DNA from: a virus
Lineage: Duplodnaviria > Heunggongvirae > Uroviricota > Caudoviricetes
Virus record (IMG/VR): IMGVR_UViG_2687453297_000002
Coordinates: 1 to 24,666 of that record
DNA: 24,666 nucleotides
Direction: 5' to 3' (one strand)
Part shown: piece after piece, positions 17,982 through 24,666 of the stretch
Numbering within the stretch: the first letter of the stretch is position 1
How the letters are laid out: each line of letters starts with the position of its first letter
Made by a program: the position numbers and the translations under genes
The notes under the pieces: generated by a model
Seen by the model: the letters and a program-made list of their open reading frames with translations, nothing else
Told to the model about the DNA's origin: nothing
Databases searched by the model: none

Positions 17982-19043
17982 ATGGATACTTTAAAATATG
18001 AGAAATTCTCTGATTTTGATCACAATGACCCATTTTTTGACTCTTTAAAAAAAGATTATAAAGAGTTTCCTCTTTGGTTAGAAAAAAAAGCCAGAGAAGG
18101 AGAATCAGCTTATGTGCTCTATGATGACAAGCATAAAATCGAAGGTTTTATGTATCTAAAAGAAAATGATGATGCAAATGACATTAATCCAGCGCTCCCA
18201 CCAGGACGTCATCTAAAGATAGGAACATTCAAATTTGAATCTAAAGGCACCCTTCGCGGACAACGATTTCTAAAAAAAGCGTTTGACCATGCATTTTCAT
18301 CAAAATCTGATGATATTTATGTTACTGTTTTCGACAAACACGTCCATCTAATAAAACTTTTCCAAACGTACGGATTTTACATTCATGGTGAAAAAGAAAC
18401 ACATAACGGGAAAGAGTTTGTATATGCGAGGTCTTTGCATGAGCCTTATGGTGATATTTTATTAGATTACCCTCGAATAATGACATCAAGGGCCAACAAA
18501 TATTTACTGGCGATTTATCCCGAATATCACACTAGACTATTCCCTGATTCAAAACTTGTAAATGAATCACCAGATATTGTCAAAGATATATCCCATGCTA
18601 ACAGCATTCATAAAATTTACATATGTGGAATGCGTTCTGTGATGGGAATGAAAAGAGGAGATATCATTGTCATCTATAGAACCGGAGACAAAAAAGGGCC
18701 AGCTCGCTATCGTTCTGTAGCCAGTACATTATGTGTAGTTGAGAGCGTAAAAAATATTTCTGAATTTTTAAGCGAAGATAGTTTTGTAGACTATTGTATT
18801 CGTTTTAGCGTATTTTCTGAAGATGAACTCAGAAAAATCTATAAAGAACGTCGATACCCTTTCATTATAAGATTCACATACAATCTGTCTTTGCCAAAGA
18901 GACCCAATCGTGCTATTTTAATAGATCATGTGGGGCTAAATGGTTCGCGTGCATTCCGATGGAGTCACTTTAAACTCACAAATGAGCAGTTCTTAAAGAT
19001 CATCGAGTTAGGCAAGATAAATGAAAGTTTTATTATCCATTAA
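17982..19043 (+). CDS. Hypothetical two-domain protein in the rexA position: N-terminal GNAT-like fold, C-terminal PUA-like (ASCH/EVE-like) region
   Basis: 353 aa from the ATG at 17982 (GGAG 8 nt upstream; the listed ORF starts 4 codons earlier). N-terminal region shows a GNAT-like pattern (…LKIGTFKFESKGTLRGQRFLKKAFDHAF…IYVTVFDKHVHLIKLFQTYGFYIHGEK). C-terminal region (…KYLLAIYPEYHTRLF…MKRGDIIVIYRTGD…RSVASTLCVVESV…) resembles PUA-like domains. Domain calls are by eye and need HHpred or structure prediction. Confidence 0.5.
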   Translation: MDTLKYEKFSDFDHNDPFFDSLKKDYKEFPLWLEKKAREGESAYVLYDDKHKIEGFMYLKENDDANDINPALPPGRHLKIGTFKFESKGTLRGQRFLKKAFDHAFSSKSDDIYVTVFDKHVHLIKLFQTYGFYIHGEKETHNGKEFVYARSLHEPYGDILLDYPRIMTSRANKYLLAIYPEYHTRLFPDSKLVNESPDIVKDISHANSIHKIYICGMRSVMGMKRGDIIVIYRTGDKKGPARYRSVASTLCVVESVKNISEFLSEDSFVDYCIRFSVFSEDELRKIYKERRYPFIIRFTYNLSLPKRPNRAILIDHVGLNGSRAFRWSHFKLTNEQFLKIIELGKINESFIIH

Positions 19044-19398
19044 GCCTGAGTTTGCAGAAAAAATATTGAACGGAACAAAGCGGTTCGAGTTTCGTAAAGG
19101 TATATTCAAAAATCCGCAAATTAGCACCGTTGTTATTTATGCCACGATGCCATTAGGTAAAGTTGTTGGTCAATTCCGTATTGAATCAATACTAAGTGAC
19201 GAACCGGAATCTCTTTGGAAAAAGACGGAAAAACACGCAGGTATTTCTAAGCAATTTTATGACTCATATTATTCAGGTAGAGAAAAGGCCTACGCAATAA
19301 AAATTGGTGAAGTGGAAAGATATAAAGAACCAATTCCTATCTCTGCTCTAGGTAGTAATATTAAGCCACCACAATCATATCTTTACCTACCTGCGTAA
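19021..19398 (+). CDS. Small ASCH-domain-like (PUA-like fold) protein in the rexB position
   Basis: 125 aa MKVLLSIKPEFAEKILNGTKRFEFRKG…VVIYATMPLGKVVGQFRIESI…AYAIKIGEVERYKEPIP, matching the characteristic ASCH pattern. Overlaps the upstream gene by 23 nt and is followed immediately by a strong terminator. Confidence 0.55.
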   Translation: MKVLLSIKPEFAEKILNGTKRFEFRKGIFKNPQISTVVIYATMPLGKVVGQFRIESILSDEPESLWKKTEKHAGISKQFYDSYYSGREKAYAIKIGEVERYKEPIPISALGSNIKPPQSYLYLPA

Positions 19399-19402
19399 GA
19401 AT

Positions 19403-19429
19403 CCCGGCCACCGTGCCGGGTTTTCTTTT
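19403..19429 (+). terminator. Rho-independent terminator closing the repressor/cargo operon
   Basis: Stem CCCGGC / GCCGGG with loop CACCGT, followed by TTTTCTTTT. Confidence 0.8.
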
Positions 19430-19553
19430 GTCCCCTCATCACACAAACCGTTCGAAAAACCACCACATCCTCCCTTCAGTTATCGCTATGCGATACAAGT
19501 CACAAAATTAATTCTTTTTGCTATCAAACAGTTAATATCAAAACACATCAATC

Positions 19554-19594
19554 AATAGCAATAAGTATTGATACAGCCAATAACAATAGCTATT
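19554..19594. promoter_or_regulatory. OL-like operator region: two motifs shared with the OR-like region, including the 10-bp palindrome AATAGCTATT
   Basis: AATAGCAATAAGTATTG (19554..19570) matches the OR-region motif at 14 of 17 positions. AACAATAGC-TATT (19582..19594) parallels AACAATAGCAA in the OR-like region. Confidence 0.55.
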
Positions 19595-19873
19595 ATCACC
19601 ATGTCGCAACAACACAACGATACGGCAATCACCTGATTCACCGTTGCGATGACCGCTTAGATCCGCAGCTTGAATTTCAGCAGGCTCCGGGGAGTGCGAG
19701 GGGTGAAGCGGACGCGTGAACGTCGGTGTGACCAGCTGAAATCAACTCAACACCTCATACCTCAGTCGCTTCAACGAGGCGGCTTAGTTATGACAACCGG
19801 CGGCCATCCACCGCCTGAATACGCGCAGAAGTCTCTATATGTTCAGCAGCCCAGCTTACGGGCAGGAGTTTTT

Positions 19874-20080
19874 ATGGTTCATCAACATTACGGAACGCAG
19901 ACCGTTAATCGCGGTGCGGTCATGCCAGGAATGCTGGTCAAACACAAAGATGGTACCTGGACTGCATCAGCTAATTTACGCGGACGGCTTTATCTGCATC
20001 GCGGCATCGAGCGCACTTATACCCGTGATTTGCTCGTGGAAGTTTTTCTCGACGGACGCGGCAACGGCCTGAATCACTAA
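19874..20080 (+). CDS. Kil-like small protein (position-based; host cell-division inhibitor candidate)
   Basis: 68 aa from the ATG at 19874 with AGGAG 5 nt upstream ([30 protein letters not shown]…). Ends just upstream of gam, where lambdoid phages carry kil. The listed longer ORF begins at a TTG. Identity uncertain. Confidence 0.4.
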   Translation: MVHQHYGTQTVNRGAVMPGMLVKHKDGTWTASANLRGRLYLHRGIERTYTRDLLVEVFLDGRGNGLNH

Positions 20081-20155
20081 TCCCCTTTCCTGTTTACCTA
20101 ATCAGCCCGGCATTTCGCAGGCGATATTTTCACAGCCATTTTCAGGAGTTCAGCC

Positions 20156-20452
20156 ATGAACGCTTATTACATTCAGGATCGTCTTGAGGCTCAAAGCTGG
20201 GCGCGTCACTACCAGCAGATCGCCCGTGAAGAGAAAGAGGCAGAACTGGCAGACGACATGGAAAAAGGTCTTCCACAGCACCTGTTTGAATCACTCTGCA
20301 TCGATCATTTGCAACGCTGCGGGGCCAACAAAAAAGCCATTACCCGTGCGTTTGATGACGATGTTGAGTTTCAGGAGCGCATGGCAGAACACATCCGGTA
20401 CATGGTTGAAACCATTGCTCACCACCATGTTGATATTGATTCAGAGGTATAA
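20156..20452 (+). CDS. gam: Gam, RecBCD inhibitor (short GamS-length form)
   Basis: 98 aa [56 protein letters not shown]…, matching lambda Gam as recalled. Confidence 0.9.
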   Translation: MNAYYIQDRLEAQSWARHYQQIAREEKEAELADDMEKGLPQHLFESLCIDHLQRCGANKKAITRAFDDDVEFQERMAEHIRYMVETIAHHHVDIDSEV

Positions 20453-20457
20453 AACGG

Positions 20458-21243
20458 ATGAGTACAGCACTCGCAACGCTAGCCGGGAAGCTGGCTGAAC
20501 GTGTCGGCATGGATTCTGTCGACCCACAGGAACTGATCACCACTCTTCGTCAGACGGCATTTAAAGGTGATGCCAGCGATGCGCAGTTCATCGCATTGCT
20601 GATCGTCGCCAACCAGTACGGCCTTAATCCGTGGACGAAAGAAATTTACGCCTTCCCTGATAAGCAGAACGGCATCGTTCCGGTGGTGGGCGTTGATGGC
20701 TGGTCCCGCATCATCAATGAAAACCAGCAGTTTGATGGCATGGACTTTGAGCAGGACAATGAATCATGTACGTGCCGGATTTACCGCAAAGACCGCAATC
20801 ATCCGATCTGCGTTACCGAATGGATGGATGAATGCCGCCGCGAACCATTCAAAACTCGCGAAGGCAGAGAAATCACGGGGCCGTGGCAGTCGCATCCCAA
20901 ACGGATGTTACGGCATAAAGCCATGATTCAGTGTGCCCGTCTGGCCTTCGGATTTGCTGGTATCTATGACAAGGATGAAGCCGAGCGCATTGTCGAAAAT
21001 ACTGCATACACTGCGGAACGTCAGCCGGAACGCGACATCACTCCGGTTAACGATGAAACCATGCAGGAGATTAACACTCTGCTGATCGCCCTGGATAAAA
21101 CATGGGATGACGACTTATTGCCGCTCTGTTCCCAGATATTTCGCCGCGACATTCGCGCATCGTCAGAACTGACACAAGCCGAAGCAGTGAAAGCTCTTGG
21201 ATTCCTGAAACAGAAAGCCACTGAGCAGAAGGTGGCAGCATGA
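20458..21243 (+). CDS. bet: Bet (Red-beta) single-strand annealing protein
   Basis: 261 aa [66 protein letters not shown]…, matching lambda Bet as recalled. Confidence 0.95.
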   Translation: MSTALATLAGKLAERVGMDSVDPQELITTLRQTAFKGDASDAQFIALLIVANQYGLNPWTKEIYAFPDKQNGIVPVVGVDGWSRIINENQQFDGMDFEQDNESCTCRIYRKDRNHPICVTEWMDECRREPFKTREGREITGPWQSHPKRMLRHKAMIQCARLAFGFAGIYDKDEAERIVENTAYTAERQPERDITPVNDETMQEINTLLIALDKTWDDDLLPLCSQIFRRDIRASSELTQAEAVKALGFLKQKATEQKVAA

Positions 21244-21920
21244 CACCGGACATTATCCTGCAGCGTACCGGGATCGACGTGAGAGCTGTCGAACAGGGGG
21301 ATGATGCATGGCACAAATTACGGCTCGGCGTCATCACCGCTTCAGAAGTTCACAACGTGATAGCAAAGCCCCGCTCAGGAAAGAAGTGGCCTGACATGAA
21401 AATGTCCTACTTCCACACCTTGCTGGCTGAGGTTTGCACCGGTGTGGCTCCGGAAGTTAATGCTAAGGCGCTGGCCTGGGGAAAACAGTACGAGAACGAC
21501 GCCAGAACCCTGTTTAAATTCACTTCCGGCGTGAATGTTACTGAATCCCCGATCATCTATCGCGACGAAAGTATGCGCACCGCCTGCTCTCCCGATGGTT
21601 TATGCAGTGACGGCAATGGCCTTGAGCTGAAATGCCCGTTTACCTCCCGGGATTTCATGAAGTTCCGGCTCGGTGGTTTCGAGGCCATAAAGTCGGCTTA
21701 CATGGCCCAGGTGCAGTACAGCATGTGGGTGACGCGAAAAGATGCCTGGTACTTTGCCAACTATGACCCGCGTATGAAGCGTGAAGGACTGCATTATGTC
21801 GTGGTTGAGCGGGATGAAAAGTACATGGCGAGTTTTGACGAGATGGTGCCGGAGTTCATCGAAAAAATGGACGAGGCACTGGCTGAAATTGGTTTTGTAT
21901 TTGGGGAGCAATGGCGATGA
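21240..21920 (+). CDS. exo: Exo (Red-alpha) 5'-3' exonuclease
   Basis: 226 aa [50 protein letters not shown]…, matching lambda Exo as recalled. ATGA overlap with bet. Confidence 0.95.
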   Translation: MTPDIILQRTGIDVRAVEQGDDAWHKLRLGVITASEVHNVIAKPRSGKKWPDMKMSYFHTLLAEVCTGVAPEVNAKALAWGKQYENDARTLFKFTSGVNVTESPIIYRDESMRTACSPDGLCSDGNGLELKCPFTSRDFMKFRLGGFEAIKSAYMAQVQYSMWVTRKDAWYFANYDPRMKREGLHYVVVERDEKYMASFDEMVPEFIEKMDEALAEIGFVFGEQWR

Positions 21921-22093
21921 CGCATCCTCACGATAATATCCGGGTAGGCGCGATCACTTTCGTCTACTCCGTTACAAAGCGAGGCTGGGTATTTCCCGGC
22001 CTTTCTGTTATCCAAAATCCACTGAAAGCCCAGCGGCTGGCTGAGGAGATAAATAATAAACGGGGGCTGTATGCACAAAGCATCTCCCGTTGA
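21911..22093 (+). CDS. Small hypothetical protein (lambda orf60a-like)
   Basis: 60-aa ORF directly after exo, overlapping it by 10 nt; resembles lambda orf60a as recalled. Confidence 0.55.
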   Translation: MAMTHPHDNIRVGAITFVYSVTKRGWVFPGLSVIQNPLKAQRLAEEINNKRGLYAQSISR

Positions 22094-22262
22094 GTTAAGA
22101 ACGAGTATCGAGATGGCACATAGCCTCGCTCAAATTGGAGTCAGGTTTGTGCCAATACCAGTAGAAACAGACGAAGAATTTCATACGTTAGCCACATCCC
22201 TTTCACAAAAGCTGGAAATGATGGTGGCGAAAGCAGAAGCAGATGAGAGAGACCAGGTATGA
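22071..22262 (+). CDS. Small hypothetical protein (lambda orf63-like)
   Basis: 63-aa ORF overlapping the previous ORF by 23 nt. Confidence 0.55.
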   Translation: MHKASPVELRTSIEMAHSLAQIGVRFVPIPVETDEEFHTLATSLSQKLEMMVAKAEADERDQV

Positions 22263-22342
22263 CAACCACTGAATGCATTTTTCTGGCAGCGGGCTTCATA
22301 TTCTGTGTGCTTATGCTTGCCGACATGGGACTTGTTCAATGA
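22259..22342 (+). CDS. Candidate 27-aa hydrophobic micro-protein (MTTTECIFLAAGFIFCVLMLADMGLVQ), translationally coupled on both sides
   Basis: Not in the ORF track (too short). Its ATG overlaps the orf63 stop (ATGA at 22259..22262) and its TGA overlaps the ATG of the next ORF (ATGA at 22339..22342). GAGAGAG lies upstream. Encodes a single predicted transmembrane helix. Confidence 0.35.
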   Translation: MTTTECIFLAAGFIFCVLMLADMGLVQ

Positions 22343-22554
22343 CACCTCAGCAAGAAAACGCCCTTCGCAGTATTGCCCGTCAGGCTAATTATGAAATCAA
22401 AAAAGCCAGACAGCAGTTTCCGGATAAAAACGTCGATGACATTTGCCGTAGCGTACTGAAGAAGCACCGCGAAACGGTAACGCTGATGGGATTCACACCG
22501 ACTCATTTAAGCCTGGCGATCGGCATGTTAAACGGCGTCTTTAAGGAACGGTGA
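22339..22554 (+). CDS. Small hypothetical protein (lambda orf61-like)
   Basis: 71 aa from the ATG at 22339 (MTPQQENALRSIARQANYEIKKARQQ…). The listed ORF 22273..22554 has a 22-codon upstream extension in the same frame. Confidence 0.5.
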   Translation: MTPQQENALRSIARQANYEIKKARQQFPDKNVDDICRSVLKKHRETVTLMGFTPTHLSLAIGMLNGVFKER

Positions 22555-22652
22555 ACATGAAAAATAAAATCATCATGGAGCTACAGGCTCCTTTTTTATT
22601 ATTCGCATTCACCCTCAAGCGTATTAACCAACAATTCAGGGATTAATGAAAG

Positions 22653-22871
22653 ATGGCAGACATCATTGATTCAGCATCAGAAATTGAAGAATTACAGCGC
22701 AACACAGCAATAAAAATGCGCCGCCTGAACCACCAGGCTATATCTGCCACTCATTGTTGTGAGTGTGGCGATCCGATAGATGAACGAAGACGCCTGGCCG
22801 TTCAGGGTTGTCGGACTTGTGCAAGTTGCCAGGAGGAGATCGAACTTAAGAACAAACAATGGGGACTGTGA
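22653..22871 (+). CDS. TraR/DksA-family C4 zinc-finger protein (lambda Orf73-like, RNA polymerase-binding regulator)
   Basis: 72 aa with CxxC…CxxC (…THCCECGDPIDERRRLAVQGCRTCASCQEE…), typical of the TraR family. Confidence 0.75.
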   Translation: MADIIDSASEIEELQRNTAIKMRRLNHQAISATHCCECGDPIDERRRLAVQGCRTCASCQEEIELKNKQWGL

Positions 22872-22918
22872 TGGCCTCAAAGCAGCAAATTTCAACATCG
22901 TCCAACTGAGGTGTAAAA

Positions 22919-23158
22919 ATGTTCAGAATCATTTTTCCTAACACCTGGTACGTCGACCACCACGGCACTCCCTGCAAAATCCTGCGTTCTACCCACAACA
23001 AAGTTCACTACATCCGAAAAGGCAGAACATGTATCGCCAGCATGTTCCGCTTTAATCATGACTTTGAACCTGTGAATAAAGCTGATGCAGATCGGATAGC
23101 AGAAGAGATCGAAACGGCAGAACACATTAAGAAGTTACGTGCCATACGCAGGAAATAG
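22919..23158 (+). CDS. Hypothetical protein
   Basis: 79-aa ORF between the TraR-like gene and xis; no family recognised. Confidence 0.45.
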   Translation: MFRIIFPNTWYVDHHGTPCKILRSTHNKVHYIRKGRTCIASMFRFNHDFEPVNKADADRIAEEIETAEHIKKLRAIRRK

Positions 23159-23297
23159 AAAATTTGATAAATTCAATACTGCATTTCTCAGCATTAAATT
23201 TATCTCTATGACCAGTCAAGAGATGTACCTGCCATGAGCTTAATATCATGTCAGATATATCGGTCACAAACTCCCTCAGCAGCTAAGAGGAGGACAA

Positions 23298-23534
23298 ATG
23301 TCTCGACTAATCACTTTACAGGACTGGGCTAAAGAAGAATTTGGGGACTTAGCACCAAGTGAGCGAGTTCTGAAAAAATACGCGCAAGGGAAAATGATGG
23401 CCCCACCCGCTATAAAAGTTGGTCGCTACTGGATGATTGACCGAAATTCCCGTTTTGTAGGAACGCTTGCAGAACCGCAACTCCCAATAAACGCAAACCC
23501 AAAACTCCAACGGATAATCGCTGATGGCTGCTAG
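23298..23534 (+). CDS. xis: Excisionase (Xis-like)
   Basis: 78 aa directly upstream of and overlapping int, with strong RBS AAGAGGAGG. Motifs …LITLQDWAKEE… and …PPAIKVGRYWM… resemble the lambda Xis winged-helix. Confidence 0.65.
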   Translation: MSRLITLQDWAKEEFGDLAPSERVLKKYAQGKMMAPPAIKVGRYWMIDRNSRFVGTLAEPQLPINANPKLQRIIADGC

Positions 23535-24666
23535 ACCCCGATCTCACAAAATCTCTATACCCAATTTATATTGCAAATTAGATAAGCGAACCGGAAAGGT
23601 ATATTGGCAATACAAACATCCACTATCCGGTCGTTTTCATAGCTTAGGAACTGATGAGAATGAAGCAAAACAAGTTGCTACTGAAGCAAATACCATTATT
23701 GCTGAACAACGTACCCGACAAATATTAAGCGTCAATGAGCGTCTGGAAAGAATGAAAGGCAGGCGCTCAGACATTACGGTGACAGAATGGCTTGATAAAT
23801 ATATTTCTATCCAGGAGGACAGGCTGCAACATAATGAACTAAGACCCAACTCCTATCGGCAAAAAGGCAAACCCATTCGTCTTTTCCGTGAGCATTGTGG
23901 AATGCAACACCTCAAGGATATTACCGCACTTGATATTGCCGAAATAATTGATGCTGTAAAGGCTGAAGGTCATAACAGGATGGCGCAAGTCGTGAGAATG
24001 GTGTTAATCGACGTCTTCAAAGAAGCACAACACGCAGGACATGTTCCGCCAGGATTTAACCCAGCGCAGGCAACAAAACAACCGCGAAATCGAGTAAACC
24101 GCCAAAGATTATCACTGCCCGAATGGCAGGCAATATTTGACAGCGTAAGCAGACGGCAGCCCTATTTAAAATGCGGGATGCTACTTGCTCTTGTCACTGG
24201 ACAACGTTTAGGCGATATCTGCAATTTGAAATTCTCTGATATCTGGGACGACATGTTGCACATTACTCAGGAAAAAACCGGTTCAAAACTTGCTATTCCG
24301 CTTAACCTGAAATGCGATGCTCTGAATATTACCCTTCGTGAAGTTATATCTCAGTGCAGGGATGCTGTTGTTAGTAAATATCTGGTCCATTACCGTCACA
24401 CAACCTCTCAAGCAAACAGAGGAGACCAGGTTTCTGCGAATACTCTGACAACGGCTTTTAAAAAGGCCAGGGAAAAATGTGGCATAAAATGGGAGCAAGG
24501 AACTGCGCCCACATTTCATGAGCAGCGATCTCTGTCAGAACGGTTATATCGGGAACAGGGTCTGGATACGCAAAAGTTGTTAGGCCATAAATCCAGAAAA
24601 ATGACCGACCGATACAATGATGATCGTGGTAAAGACTGGATTATCGTAGATATCAAAACAGCATAG
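23524..24666 (+). CDS. int: Tyrosine site-specific integrase (lambda Int family, DLP12 IntD-like)
   Basis: 380 aa ending …HEQRSLSERLYREQGLDTQKLLGHKSRKMTDRYNDDRGKDWIIVDIKTA, with catalytic H-x-x-R and Tyr region. The stop codon is the last codon of the window, so the attachment site lies beyond the right edge. Confidence 0.9.
   Translation: MAARPRSHKISIPNLYCKLDKRTGKVYWQYKHPLSGRFHSLGTDENEAKQVATEANTIIAEQRTRQILSVNERLERMKGRRSDITVTEWLDKYISIQEDRLQHNELRPNSYRQKGKPIRLFREHCGMQHLKDITALDIAEIIDAVKAEGHNRMAQVVRMVLIDVFKEAQHAGHVPPGFNPAQATKQPRNRVNRQRLSLPEWQAIFDSVSRRQPYLKCGMLLALVTGQRLGDICNLKFSDIWDDMLHITQEKTGSKLAIPLNLKCDALNITLREVISQCRDAVVSKYLVHYRHTTSQANRGDQVSANTLTTAFKKAREKCGIKWEQGTAPTFHEQRSLSERLYREQGLDTQKLLGHKSRKMTDRYNDDRGKDWIIVDIKTA

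Noticed and set aside
19670-20080. Full-length 136-aa ORF starting at TTG, considered as an N antiterminator
   Set aside because: No ATG or GTG start with ribosome-binding site at its 5' end and no convincing similarity to N; only the distal 68 codons have a strong Shine-Dalgarno. Kept as an open question in the findings rather than annotated.
20184-21337. ORFs 20184..20498(+), 20340..20543(-), 20693..20926(+), 21021..21314(-), 21071..21337(-), 21600..21911(-), 21794..22078(-), 22141..22326(-), 22692..22898(-), 22892..23125(-), 23637..23849(-), 24283..24519(-)
   Set aside because: All overlap well-supported genes (gam, bet, exo, int and others) in alternative frames or antisense; no independent support.
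22557-22649. 30-codon ORF (MKNKIIMELQAPFLLFAFTLKRINQQFRD) after orf61, and a hairpin GGAGC-TACAG-GCTCC followed by TTTTTT at 22577..22597
   Set aside because: The ORF has only a weak ribosome-binding site and contains the hairpin; the hairpin stem is only 5 bp. Could be a weak terminator or a small gene, but evidence is insufficient for either.

Overview
The window is essentially one cryptic, mosaic lambdoid prophage (lambda/DLP12-like, Enterobacteriaceae) in reverse map order, running from a metal-transporter gene (sitD-like, left edge) to the integrase (right edge). Left to right: sitD 3' part; two small unknown genes; a side-tail-fibre gene whose 3' end is split by an intact IS66-family element with an 8-bp target duplication; an IS1 with no target duplication sitting where lysis, packaging, head and tail genes should be; an intact phage porin (nmpC/Lc-like); Q antiterminator; rusA, ybcO, ninE, ybcN; a cargo block (secreted alpha/beta-hydrolase, large serine recombinase ybcK, emrE); ren, P, O with origin iterons; cII-position gene; Cro-like gene; divergent operator region; CI-like repressor; a two-gene cassette in the rexAB slot; Kil-like ORF, gam, bet, exo; small lambda-like ORFs; a TraR-like zinc-finger protein; xis; int. 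The most interesting candidate for an undescribed system is the two-gene cassette downstream of the repressor, bounded by repeated operator-like motifs and a strong terminator: a probable GNAT-like/PUA-like fusion protein plus a small ASCH-like protein. All protein identifications are by eye and from memory of lambda/DLP12 proteins; no database search was run.
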